DNA of 64,000 nucleotides from Macrostomum lignano. Its lineage: Eukaryota. This document shows positions 47,264 through 59,300 of the stretch, in pieces. Numbering within the stretch: position 1 is the stretch's first letter; each line of letters opens with the position of its first letter. The notes below the pieces were generated by a model. The model did not search any database, was not told where the DNA came from, and was given only the letters and a program-made list of their open reading frames with translations. The position numbers were made by a program, and so were the translations under genes. The stretch lies in the NCBI GenBank assembly GCA_002269645.1, contig NIVC01001881.1:124001-188000 (forward strand), given 5' to 3'.

Positions 47264-49743
47264 ATGGCGGAAACGAGTGAATGGCGGGAGGACATGCGAG
47301 ATACATTCAACATGTTCGACAAGAACGGAAATGGAGAAATCGAAGTGAACGAGCTGAGAACCGTTATCCAGTGCCTGGGACAGAATCCCACCGAGAAGGA
47401 CGTACAGGTAAGAATCAGATAGAACATGATTAGGGTCGAGGGATGAGAAGAATATTGACTGCTAAGGATAGAAAAGATATTCGTACAAAGTAAAGATAGT
47501 GAGACAATTAGGGTGGATGAGTGTGGTAAATGGTATGGTACTAGAGTAAAAAAACTCGGCGTGTGGTAAATAGTATGGGAGTGCGGTAAAGACTAGGCGG
47601 AGTTTTAAAGATTAGGGGGTGTAGTAAATAGTAAGAGTGGGGTAAGAATGACAATAAATGCATTTCCAAAGTGAGATTATTACACAGCCGTGTTTGCAAC
47701 ATAAAATTTTAATGCTTTTCTGCAGCTGATGATTCAAGAGTACGACCTAAACAAGGATGGTACAATCAATTTTGAGGAATTCTGCCAGGTGGGTGATGTA
47801 TTGTCAGTCACTCAAACATGTTTATGATAATCTGATTATTAATAATTTAATAATTTTTATTCAATCAATAAAAATCAACTCCAGATGATGAAAAATCGAA
47901 TCAAAACGGTCGAGTCCAAGCAGAACGAAATGAAGGTGGCGTTTCAGATGTTCGACAAAAATGGCGATGGGTGAGGGCTCGATCAGGTGTACTTACCGCT
48001 TTCTGATGCATTGTTAAGTACAGGTCGCCATCGGGGGGGGACCCGATGGGTCATGTCCCTCTCACAGTAAAAGCTTTTGGGTAGACTGCAATGCTTTGTC
48101 ACCTCCACCTAATTGTGACCCGTTGTGAGGAAATCAAAAGTTTTTCTTCAGGGCGCCAAATTGAGTGCCTGCCTGCGCGCCAAAATGAGTGCCTGCCTGC
48201 GCGCCAAAATGAGTGCCTGCGCGCCAAAATGAGTGCCTGCCTGCGCGCCAAAATGAGTGCCTGCAGCGCCAAAATGAGTGTCTGCCTGCGCGCCAAAATG
48301 AGTGCCTGCCTGCGCGCCAAAATGAGTGCCTGCAGCGCCAAAATGAGTGTCTGCCTGCGCGCCAAAATGAGTGCCTGCCTGCGCGCCAAAATGAGTGCCT
48401 GCCTGCGCGCCAAAATGAGTGCCTGCAGCGCCAAAATGAGTGTCTGCCTGCGGCGCCAAAATGAGTGCCTGCCTGTGGCGCCAAAATGAGTGCCTGCCTG
48501 CGGCGCCAAAATGAGTGCCTGCAGCGCCAAAATGAGTGTCTGCCTGCGGCGCCAAAATGAGTGCCTGCCTGTGGCGCCAAAATGAGTGCCTGCCTGCGGC
48601 GCCAAAATGAGTGCCTGCAGCGCCAAAATGAGTGCCCGCCTGCGGCGCCAAAATTAGTGCCTGCCTGCGGCGCCAAAATGAGCGCCTGCAGCGCCAAAAT
48701 GAGTGCCCTGCCTGCGATGCCAAAATGAGTGCCTGCGGCGCCAAAATGAGTGCCCTGCCTGCGGTGCCAAAATGAGTGCCTGCGATGCCAAAATGAGTGC
48801 CCTGCCTGCGGCGCCAAAATGAGTGCCTGCAGCGCCAAAATGAGTGCCTGCAGCGCCAAAATGAGTGCCTGCGATGCCAAAATGAGTGCCCTGCCTGCGG
48901 CGCCAAAATGAGTGCCTGCAGCGCCAAAATGAGTGCCTGCAGCGCCAAAATGAGTGCCTGCGGCGCCAAAATGAGTGCCTGCAGCGCCAAAATGAGTGCC
49001 TGCAGCGCCAAAATGAGTGCCTGCGGCGCCAAAATGAGTGCCTGCCTGCAGCGCCAAAATGAGTGCCTGCAGCGCCAAAATGAGTGTCTGCCTGCGGCGC
49101 CAAAATGAGTGCCTGCCTGTGGCGCCAAAATGAGTGCCTGCCTGCGGCGCCAAAATGAGTGCCTGCAGCGCCAAAATGAGTGCCCGCCTGCGGCGCCAAA
49201 ATAAGTGCCTGCCTGCGGCGCCAAAATGAGCGCCTGCAGCGCCAAAATGAGTGCCCTGCCTGCGATGCCAAAATGAGTGCCTGCGGCGCCAAAATGAGTG
49301 CCCTGCCTGCGGTGCCAAAATGAGTGCCTGCGATGCCAAAATGAGTGCCCTGCCTGCGATGCCAAAATGAGTGCCTGCGATGCCAAAATGAGTGCCTTCG
49401 ATGCCAAAATGAGTGCCTGCCTGCGATGCCAAAATGAGTGCCCTGCCTGCGGTGCCTAAATGAGTGCCTGCGGCGCCAAAATGAGCGAACAACGCCAATT
49501 CTCAGAATATTGTACATGTAGGAATAGTCATGTAGAATGCTTGCTGTCCCCCCCCCCTACAATAAAATCCATGCGACAAAAAACTCCAGGAAAATCAGCA
49601 GCAACGAGCTGATGGAGGTGATGACGAAACTCGGCGAGAAGCTGACCATGGACGAAGTCAAAGAGATGATTACCGAGGTTGACGTTAACAACGACGGGTT
49701 CATCGACTATGGAGAGTTCGTGCAGATGTACGCGACCAACTAG
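47264..49743 (+). CDS. Calmodulin-like protein (4 EF-hands), 4 exons, 148 aa
   Basis: Exons 47264-47407, 47726-47788, 47885-47970 and 49590-49743 are phase-consistent. EF loops are [36 protein letters not shown] and [12 protein letters not shown], with CLGQNPTE and KLGEKLT linkers. It is clearly diverged from canonical calmodulin. Confidence 0.92.
48155..49490. repeat. 20-27-bp minisatellite (GCGCCAAAATGAGTGCCTGCCTGC)n in calmodulin-like intron 3
   Basis: Direct tandem copies of variable unit length. Confidence 0.96.
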
Positions 49744-51092
49744 AGCCGGAGAAGCTATTGTTATTTGTTACTGTTGAATCAGATCGTAGTTTATAAATTG
49801 CTAACTTTTTACTAAACGGCTATATACTTTTCAGCTATACAAAATCTAAATAAATGCGCGTCTATATCTATATAAACTTGGCTCTAGCGCTGCTACTTAA
49901 TTTATCAAAATGTTTAACTCAAACACAGAGAGCATTTTTCATTACTTCGAGCGTTTTAACTTGGGATGCAAAGTGTAACACCGGTAGGAAATAACCAGGA
50001 GCAAGCAGTGCATGACTGCATGACTATATTTGAATTTAAGATCAGAGTCTTCTGTTTATGTTGTCGACATTTTCAGGCTGGCTAAGGCCTGTAAGATTGG
50101 GAAAATAATCGAGGCGTAAAACGCGGTGGTTTGTTTGCTTTGGTTTTTGCTTTGATTGTTTTCCGTGTGGAAAAGAAGAGGCTTGAATAATTGCGCGTTA
50201 GGGTGCTGTATATTTATATTCGTGTTAATAGAACATTCCGGAATCCGGAAAGTTCGAGAAGCAGTTTCTAGAAAGGTGTGCGCGGGAGTTCAAAATACAA
50301 ATATAGAAAGTGAGTGTTTACGCGGAAGTTTCTAGAATACAAGTATTGTACTGTACGCTATCTTATACCGTATACGCGCGTTGTTTAGTTGGAGAACTTT
50401 CCAGAATATTAAGATTTAAGCATGTTATGGAATATTATAGAAAATACAAATACGCTACAATAGTTATAATATAGTGAATACGCTACAGGCCTACATGTAT
50501 AGCTTGTTGGAAAAGGGGGTGATAATGTAGGACAAAAGTCCCGACTTCAAACGATGATAGCTGAGCCATGCAGTTATGGTGTCGCATATTGTATTTTTGA
50601 TTTAAAATGATTATTGACAATTCATAAAACTGAGTAAGCATTTCGGGATTAGAAATTAAAGGTTGTTGCGACTCAGACCTCAGTTCTCAACAGATCGATG
50701 GCTAATCAAAGAAATTTATAATTGAAATCTATTTGGTGTTTAAAATGGAATTTGCAATGCAATTTATGCAATAAATTATGCAATATACTACACATTCAAT
50801 TTATAGTAGAAAAACAACTGTCGATTTTAATAGTTGAAAATGTTATAAAAATGAAAAAGGTTAAGAAATGAAAATTTACGTATTACGTTAGTTTTAAGTC
50901 GAGTTAAGGGGAAAGTTTGTCTTACACTTTGTTATCCAATGAATATGCAGTTGGATTCGTGTTAGATTAACGTAGGAATACTGCAGGCTTGATAAATATA
51001 GCTGGGATGAATTATGATTAAAACATTAACGGCAGCAAAAACCATGTTTGTTAGAGAAAAATATGGTTGAGAATCTGATCTTTCAAAACCTG

Positions 51093-53354
51093 TCAAATAT
51101 ACATCATCATCTTGATGAAGTTGTCCTGCTCCAAAGCCTCCTTTGTCTTCACAGTCGCTTCGTAGGTAGTAAAAGCGGTCCTCATTCGCACCGATAGCAG
51201 GATGAAATCCTCGAAGCTCACGACGCCCTTAGTTGGGTCCGTATACCGCATGGCAACCGTCTCGAACACCTTGTTGCTCAGATTGTAGCCGGCAGCTTTC
51301 AAAGCGTCGCGCAGCTCGAACGAGTCAAATGAGCCATTTCCATCGGCGTCTTTCTCTTTGAAAATTGTCTTTAGCAGGCGGATCTGGTTCCAAAGCACTT
51401 TGAACTCGTCGAATTCCATGTAGCCGGACATGTTCAGGTCCATCAGAGCAAGCATGCTGCGACAGGCTTCGGCGCTGAATCCGGAAAACTCCTTCACCTC
51501 TTTGCCGAAGGATCTGTTCAAGATCTGCTGCAGCTGGAATGCGTGAATTCGACCCGCGCCGCCGGAGAAGCCCTGGAAGGCTTTGCGCAACGGTTCCTCG
51601 TTCTCCGGTGCGCTGACGGGGGCGGCGATGGCCGGACTGACCTCCATCTTTGTCTCCGAGTCCAGCACAGCCGCGAGGTTCGGCTTTTCGGAGAACATGC
51701 GCAGTATGAATTGCGCCTCCTCGTTCGGATTAAAGGTAGAGGGCACGATCACGTATCGACCCGGGGGTAGCTTGTGCCGGCCGCTCACCTCGCGTTGATT
51801 TACAAACGCCGACTTATCCGTCTGTTTGTTATAGCGGAAGAACTTCTGGTCAAGGGGGCTGTCATTATGGCCTCTCAGCTGGTAAATAGCATAGCCAATG
51901 GTGAAATATTCGCCGCCAACTGTGATCTTGCGCACGTCCTTCTGCATTAGGCCGACAATAATGGTGCCCAGATTTTCATCGTCTTCTTCATCCGGGTCGA
52001 CAATCTCCACGCGGAACTGCTGATTAGTGTGGAAGCTGTCAATGAAGTTCCTGCAGCCGCCGGCGCTCACGTTCTTCTTCCACTCGCCCTTCTCTATGCT
52101 GATCTCCCAGCGGCGCTTCTTGGCGGCGGCGCCCTTCACAGTGCCGGACATGGTCTCTGGGCACAGGTGGCAAATCTCCAGTTTAGTGAACTCCTGGACA
52201 AAGTCTTTGAAGGCCATCCAGAACTCGCCATCATCGCTGGCGTCCATTTTCAGCCGGGATTTCTCATCCGCGTTGACTTGGTTCCACAGGGGGCTCCGGT
52301 CGCTCCAGTCGCCCTTCCACTCGCACTCGTTGCCCCACGGGTTGCGAACCCGGACTAGCGATTCTTCCTGGCCGTTTTTCAGTTTGCAATTTCTGACGTC
52401 AGTCACAGAGTAAGCGTGTCCAGTGATCAGGCCGTTATCTAGTTCGCCCTCAATCTCCTCGCTCTCAATGCTGCATCCCATTAGAGACTCGCTTTTGTTG
52501 GCCTGAAACATCACGTTAAACAAGTCGGCCGGTGCCTTGTTGAGATCAAAGTTTTCGCACAGGCCGCCGGTGAAGTCCTCCATAGCCTCGGACTGGCTCC
52601 CACCTGTCAGGGCCTCATAGCTACCGTTGACTTTAGCGTAGGCTTTCTCTAGTAGGGCCGACCAGAACTCGTTGCGATCCTGGCTGCGCATGAAGCAGAG
52701 CCGCCCCGCCTTAGTAGGCAGCCGATCATCGACAACCACCTCTTTCCAGCGGCCAAAGTGCCAAAACCGGAAACGGAACATTCCGCAATAGCCTGCGTCG
52801 AAATCCTGACCGGGAGGAACCACTCGGTCGAATAAACTTTTGTTCATAGAAAGGGAAGCAATTGAAGCCAGTAGCCAACAATCGCCCAGTTCTCCTTGTT
52901 TAACATCGAACCGGCTGACACCATCGCTAATAAACATTGGCGATTGGCAGATTTCTTTCGGCCGCTTCCACACATACCTCTGATTAGGCCTCGAAGGAAA
53001 AATGCTGCGACCCTCTGCTGGAAATTTGGGATCCTCGTACAATTGCTTGGATTGAATCAGATTCTTTCTCAGCTCCTCAAAGTCTAGCTTTTTTACAACT
53101 GCATCTTGCAAATTTCCAGTGGAGGCGGCGACTAAAGCACGAGGTGATTTGTTAGCAGATCCGATGGCGGGTTTGAGTGCGTCCTGTTGCCGAGATTGCG
53201 GCTGTTGCGGCGGCTGTTGTTGCGACGGCGCCGGCTGCTGCGGCCTCGGCTGAGCCTGGCTTGAAGCTGTTACAGTAGCTGGACTCGCAGCAGATTGCGT
53301 CTTCGAGTCGTTGCTGGTGTTCAGGTACTCGCGAACAATCTTGACGCGTGACAT
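51093..53354 (-). CDS. Classical calpain (CysPc, domain III, penta-EF-hand), single coding exon, 753 aa
   Basis: Uninterrupted ORF with catalytic motifs QGELGDCWLLAS, GHAYSV and RNPWG, domain III (GGCRNF, YVIVPSTF) and C-terminal EF-hands. Confidence 0.97.
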   Translation of the reverse strand: MSRVKIVREYLNTSNDSKTQSAASPATVTASSQAQPRPQQPAPSQQQPPQQPQSRQQDALKPAIGSANKSPRALVAASTGNLQDAVVKKLDFEELRKNLIQSKQLYEDPKFPAEGRSIFPSRPNQRYVWKRPKEICQSPMFISDGVSRFDVKQGELGDCWLLASIASLSMNKSLFDRVVPPGQDFDAGYCGMFRFRFWHFGRWKEVVVDDRLPTKAGRLCFMRSQDRNEFWSALLEKAYAKVNGSYEALTGGSQSEAMEDFTGGLCENFDLNKAPADLFNVMFQANKSESLMGCSIESEEIEGELDNGLITGHAYSVTDVRNCKLKNGQEESLVRVRNPWGNECEWKGDWSDRSPLWNQVNADEKSRLKMDASDDGEFWMAFKDFVQEFTKLEICHLCPETMSGTVKGAAAKKRRWEISIEKGEWKKNVSAGGCRNFIDSFHTNQQFRVEIVDPDEEDDENLGTIIVGLMQKDVRKITVGGEYFTIGYAIYQLRGHNDSPLDQKFFRYNKQTDKSAFVNQREVSGRHKLPPGRYVIVPSTFNPNEEAQFILRMFSEKPNLAAVLDSETKMEVSPAIAAPVSAPENEEPLRKAFQGFSGGAGRIHAFQLQQILNRSFGKEVKEFSGFSAEACRSMLALMDLNMSGYMEFDEFKVLWNQIRLLKTIFKEKDADGNGSFDSFELRDALKAAGYNLSNKVFETVAMRYTDPTKGVVSFEDFILLSVRMRTAFTTYEATVKTKEALEQDNFIKMMMYI

Positions 53355-54177
53355 TTTGCTGGATCTAATTTTTTACCCTATTCAGAATGTCGCTTTTGGT
53401 GTAGCCAAATTTTTGTAGCCAAATAGCGCTTTTCTATATCATATTCGGTGTCTCTAAAACTTATAGTTTTTTTAACAAAAGGGGACGAACAGAAGAGATG
53501 GCTGGAACGGAGACTTAATTTAAAAGCCTCGTGCATGCCACACAGCTATAAGACTGCCTGTCCATTGTTCTCAGCAATCCGCTCTTACCCAACTGTACTG
53601 CAGCAACTTGCCGGTTTGAATATGAGCGAATTCGCCCACTGAGCCCCCCCCCCCCTGGAATTGTGTTCAGCGCAAAGCAACTGCGTACGACATTCTGTCG
53701 CCCCAACTTAAATATTGACCATTGTATAAGCATAACGAATGAGTAATGCAATTTTGCGACAAGTGACGGAGGAGCTCACATACGCTCGGACGCATCTAAT
53801 TGAGGCCGGTTCAAACTACCGCTAGTGGCTTCGCGGGCCAAAGATTGCTCAATGAATCAGCCACTCGCGGTAAAGTGAACCGCGGCTTAAGCCAGCTAAA
53901 GTGATGCAGATTTGCAGTGAATAGTTAACTGTCAAATAATAAAAGAAAAATACCAAAACTAAGGCTCGAAGAATAATAGTGATTGATATACTCAACCGCT
54001 TCAATAATTTAATTGTTTATTACCCCACCACCAATTGTCCGTTTTAAAGGTGACAAAACAGAATCAGTTCGGTTTGTTAATGTCAACTAACACTGCAACT
54101 AGTCATTGGTTAGTATAGATTCCTTCATCGAATACAAGCTTTGGTGGATTAGAACAGACATTTCCTTTGCCACGAGA

Positions 54178-55280
54178 TTAGTAAGATCCGTAGCTTCCCT
54201 TATCACCAGACGGATAAGGATCGTAGCTTCCAGTGCCGCCAGACGGATAGGGGTCAAAGCTTCCAGTGCCGCCGGACGGATAGGGGTCAAAGCTTCCAGT
54301 GCCGCCAGACGGATAGGGGTCAAAGCTTCCAATATCGGCAGACGGGTAGGATCCATAACTTCCATAATCCATATCCCGTTTCTTCCAATACGAGCTGCTT
54401 GGGTAGTAAGAGGAGTAGCTGCTTGGGTAGTAAGAGGAGTAGCTGCTTGGGTAGTAAGAGGAGTAGCTGCTTGGGTAGTAAGAGGAGTAGCTGCTTGGGT
54501 AGTAAGAGGAGTAGCTGCTTGGGTAGTAAGAGGAGTAGCTGCTTGGGTAGTAAGAGGAGTAGCTGCTTGGGTAGTAAGAGGAGTAGCTGCTTGGGTAGTA
54601 AGAGGAGTAGCTGCTTGGGTAGTAAGAGGAGTAGCTGCTTGGGTAGTAAGAGGAGTAGCTGCTTGGGTAGAAAGAGGAGTAGCTGCTTGGGTAGAAAGAG
54701 GAGTAGCTGCTTGGGTAGAAAGAGGAGTAGCTGCTTGGGTAGAAAGAGGAGTAGCTGCTTGGGTAGAAAGAGGAGTAGCTGCTTGGGTAGTAAGAGGAGT
54801 AGCTGCTTGGGTAGTAAGAGGAGTAGTAGGAGCTATATTCACGCTTCTTGTAAGAGTACGAGTAGGTGGGGTAGCTGCTGCTCGGGTAGTACGAGTAGGT
54901 GGGGTAGCTGCTGCTCGGGTAGTACGAGTAGGTGGGGTAGCTGCTGCTCGGGTAGTACGAGTAGGTCGGGTAGCTGCTGCTCGGGTAGTACGAGTAGGTC
55001 GGGTAGCTGCTGCTCGGGTAGAAAGAGCTGTATTCACGCTTCTTGTAAGAGTCATCGAAGCTTGTTGGATAGTAGCTTGGATCGTAGTATGAAGAAAAAT
55101 CGTTTAGCGGTTTCTAAAATTTTCACAATAGTTTTTTAAAAAACATTAACGATGACATAAAACCGAACGAGTATGAGCAAACAGAAGAATGAAATACATT
55201 TATTAGTTGATTGCACTTACCGCATCAGCGGCAGCAGATGCCAGAATCAAGAGTGCTGTCAGCAAGCAAACCTGACGCAT
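54178..55280 (-). CDS. Secreted Tyr/Ser-rich repetitive polyprotein, 2 exons, 331 aa
   Basis: Exon 1 (55280-55221) encodes the signal peptide MRQVCLLTALLILASAAADA with a GTAAGT donor. Exon 2 (55113-54178) follows a TAG acceptor in phase 0 and is open to TAA: KPLNDFSSYYDPSYYPTSFDDSY-KKR-(YPSSSYPTYSY)x5-KKR-(SSYYPSSY)x18-WKKR-(GSFDPYPSGGT)x4. Confidence 0.85.
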
Positions 55281-55994
55281 GATTGCTAGTGATCAGATAC
55301 TATATTAGCTTCAACCTATTATAAAGAATAAACTTTCTGTTGGTTAAGTTTTTAGGAAAAATTCAACAGCTATATATGCTAGAAGTTTGATGGCACAGCT
55401 GCGAAGGAACTTAACTGTTTTTGCTGACGTGTTGCATTCTATATGCGGTTGACGCGGAGAAAAAACTTGCTGTTGTCTTAGGCGACTGACAGGTAGGCGA
55501 AGTAGCAGCTATCTACTATATTTGCCCTTCAATAGTGCAGCTGAAGGTCTGGGTAGCAAATTTGCTTTCACCCACTAATTGACTCCACTTCCGGTAGTTA
55601 AATCACGAATCAGTCAGTCAATTAGATTTATATTTGTTTAGCTTCTCTAGCCAAGGGTGACAAAACCAAAGCCAAGCACTAAATAAAAGAATAAACAGTT
55701 TTTTTAGAGAAGCACTTCTTCACTGATGAACCAGCTGGTCCGAAAAGCAAATTTTGAGAACGGGACTTTACTTAACTTTTGCAGGTGAACAGGTGAAAAT
55801 TTCATTGAAATCTCCTTAAAACGGCAGATCAATAAAATGAAATCAATGAAAGTCAAAACTGAAACGATGCATTTTTTGTTGTTTATTAATGATTGTGCAA
55901 ATTTCATAGTTGATTCGCATGCAGCATTGTACAATTATTTTTTTAATCGCGTCATGTCAAACATAAAACAAGCGCTATTTCAAAAATGAAGGCA

Positions 55995-56377
55995 GCGTCA
56001 AAGATTCAATGGGGAATTCTCTAGGATTTCAAGGCTCATGGGAAATTTCTGAGATGTCAAGGCATATGGGGGAATGCTGAGATGTCAAGGCTTATGGGGG
56101 AATTGCTGAGATGTCAAGGCTTATGGGGGAATGCTGAGATGCCAAGGCTTATGGGGGAATGCTGAGATGTCAAGGCTTATGGGGGAATGCTGAGATGTCA
56201 AGGCTTATGGGGGAATGCTGAGATGTCAAGGCTTATGGGGGAATTGCTGAGATGCCAAGGCTTCGGAGGGATTGCTGAGATGCCAAGGCTTCGGAGGGAT
56301 TGCTGAGATGCCAAGGCTTATGAGGGAATGCTGATATGTCAAGTCATGTGAGGGAATGCTGAGATGTCAAGGCTTAC
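55995..56377. repeat. 28-bp minisatellite (GCTGAGATGTCAAGGCTTATGGGGGAAT)n
   Basis: Tandem copies resume at 59935-60090 after the LINE; related units occur in reverse at 28255-28345 and 28640-28750. Confidence 0.9.
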
Positions 56378-59300
56378 AGGGTTCAGCACGCCTGTGTAGC
56401 ATGAGACAGACCAGGCCTACGAGTTAAGGTCTGCGATCCTACACACCTGCACCCCCTCTATTCTGGTGCAGGAATGGCAGAACTCTCTCCAAGCTGACGA
56501 TCACAAGCCGACCCAGGGGTTCACGCCCCGCATGTGTTCAAGGCAGCTCTAGGGCTGCTGGACTGACTGGGCTCCGGCGGCGGCAACCCATCCGTGGCCA
56601 GCTGGCCAATTTGGGTACGGGCCCCGCCCGGAAGTGAACCTGTGCGTATCAGGTACCTCTGGCCACGGCTCTGAGGAACAGGTATCACCCTCTGACTTTA
56701 ACAGGGTATGCGGCCAGTCCGCAGGCTCCGGGGACAGCCTCTTGTCCCCCTCAAGTGTTAGCACCGCGCTGATGGTCCTTTGGTTCGGCCTCTGGTTTTT
56801 CCAAGCCGGGCTCTTAGCCGGGGAGTTTCTCGGTTGCTAGCGGTCGGGCCGGTAAGGGCTTAAGCCACCCCCCGGTCGCTACCTCTTGGCCTGGCTGTTG
56901 GGTTTGGGGTTACGGCCCAGCGGCTTCTCACCTCAGATAGTCCCTAGGCCTTTCAGCGACTCATGGAGTATTCATTTACTTCCGACACGTCTGAAGCTGC
57001 TGGAGTACCAACCGAGGTTGGTACCGCGGCCCAGCCGGACATTCGCAACACCGGAACCCCCAGTGCCTCTCAGTCAGCCCCTGCCGCCGCTCAGGATAAT
57101 ACCGGAGTGGCTGGACAAGACAGCGGACCTCAGATTTCTAAAAAGAAGGCCCGTAGCATTGCTCGCTACAAAGCTTTTCTCCAACGCAAAGCGGAGGAAC
57201 GGAGGAATGCGAAAGCCGCCCCTCCGGCCGCCTCCGAGGAGGGTGCCGGTAACTCTGCGAACCCCGCGGAGGAGCCGACATCCGACAAGGGGGTGGACCC
57301 CGCGCGCCGGTCTGATGCGTCAGGTGCCGCCGAAGCTCCTGGTGCGGCTGGCCCCTCTCGTGACGGGACCTCTGCCCGTGTGGAAGCTCCCACGGCCGTG
57401 GAGGGATCCAAAGCGGGGGGTGCTGGCCAAACCACCGAGCCAAAGTGCACCTATGCGGCTATGGCCAAGAGGCAGCCGGCCCTGATTATCCAAGGCCAGG
57501 AGACGCCTCTTAAGGCCGAACAGCTCGACCTACTCTGGCGCAGGTCGGACTCCCACCTGGTCTAGATGGCCTTGAGTGGTACCGCTATTCAAGTCCAAAA
57601 GACGAAAGTCGAGGACCAAGCCCTCCATATCCAGCCCGCCGACAGTCAGTCGGGACAGCAGCTCCTCGAGATGCTGAAAGCATTCGACTGGGGTACGGAG
57701 TTGAAAAACCTGTTTATCTATAAGGAGGACGAGCGACCCCGGACACACCGGCACCGTGCCTGGATTCCGGCTCGCAGCTGCATCACCAAGGCCGACGAGC
57801 TGCGTCGCCTGCTAGTGGCTACCAACCCGGAGCTACCGGCAAACGGTGTCGTAGTTCACGAGACCATCTCCAAGCCGGGCGGAGACGGTTTCACGGCTAT
57901 TCTTGGACTGTCGGATAGCTGGATGCTCCGCTATCCGGACATGTCCATCATCTCTGTCGGGCTGATGCAGATTCAGCTCTTTAGCTTTGAGTCTGACGCC
58001 ACCCGCCCACCGCCCCCGGAGAAGCGTAAGCGGGCAGTCGGGGGCTCTGCCAGGCAGAAACGCCCAGGAAAAGAAGCTCCCGTTCGTCTCGACCCCTCCG
58101 AGGACGTGGACCCTGTCAGAGGGAAAGCCGCGAAAGCTGCAGCAACAGGCGGACGTGGAAAGGGCCGGAAACCCCTCCCCCCCCGGAACACTATCCGCTC
58201 TGGTCTGACTCAGCGCGCGAAGCAGCTGCTGGGCACCGCCAGGGCCAACAACCGCAGCAACCCCCAGCCCAGTGTCACCACTGCGCCCCCCTGGAAAACC
58301 GGGCCGAGAGCGAGAATGCCGCCCTTGTGGTGGCCCCGCCCTCGACCATGGAGACCATCCGGGAGGAGCCCATGGAACTGGAGCCTGGAGCTATCGACTA
58401 GGCAGAAGAGACAGCTCTCCTGCACAACTCGCCCTGAACCGGCAGGAAGCTGCGCGGACCACTCGTGGAATCCCCAGAGTGGACATCCTGCAGCTAAATC
58501 TACACCACTGCATCGCGGCCTCGACCAACCTGATGCAGGTGGCAAACTTTGTAAAACCTTCTCCAGGAGCCCTGGACGAAGAAAGGTAAGATCCCGAATA
58601 TTCCTACTGGTTTTGACTGTTTTCAGGACCCCCAAAACCCCAGAGCAGCCATGTTTGTGTCTATCCATCTCAAAGCTTGGCACAGACCGGACCTCTCTGA
58701 CAGAGACCTCTGTGCCATTCGGTCCAACCACATTATCACCAACCGCACGGTCATCATCGCCTCGATTTATATCCCTGGCGATGGCCCCGCGGTTCCACCC
58801 AACCTCACCTCCCTCGTGGACTACTGTTCTAACCGTAGGTTCGAGCTGCTGGTGGCGGGCGACGTCAACGCCCACCACGCCCACCAAACCCACTGGGGCA
58901 GTAATACCTCCAACAGCAGAGGCGAGGAACTCCTTGCTTACATCTGCACCACCAACACTGAGTTTTGCAACATTGGTGGAACCCCCACTTTGACAACTGG
59001 CGTTGGACGGAGGCCCTCGACGTTACCCTCGTCTCCCATGGCTTGGCTCCTTTAGTCAAGGACTGGGAGGTGTGGGACGAAGAGGAGTCTCTGTCTGACC
59101 ATCGCTTCGTTTGTTTTCGATTGCAATCCTCTTGCCCCAAGCCTCACATCCTGTGGAAAAGTAACGTTCGGAACACTGACTGGACGGCTTTTCGCGGAAA
59201 CCCTGAAATGTCAGACAGATCAGCTGACCAATGCCGCTCAAACCACCTGTCAGGAAGTGGATGACCTTGCAGACTTGATCAGCAAGACCGTCCTGACAGC

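Noticed and set aside
48091-49517. Long repetitive ORFs ([19 protein letters not shown])
   Set aside because: They come from a variable-length minisatellite inside calmodulin-like intron 3.
54099-55139. TTQAATPL mucin-like and AAWVVRGV ORFs in the track
   Set aside because: These are shadow frames of the spliced Tyr/Ser-rich gene.
55720-55750. Hammerhead ribozyme core (CTGATGA...GAAA)
   Set aside because: The stem II closing pair is mismatched and stems I and III cannot be formed convincingly.
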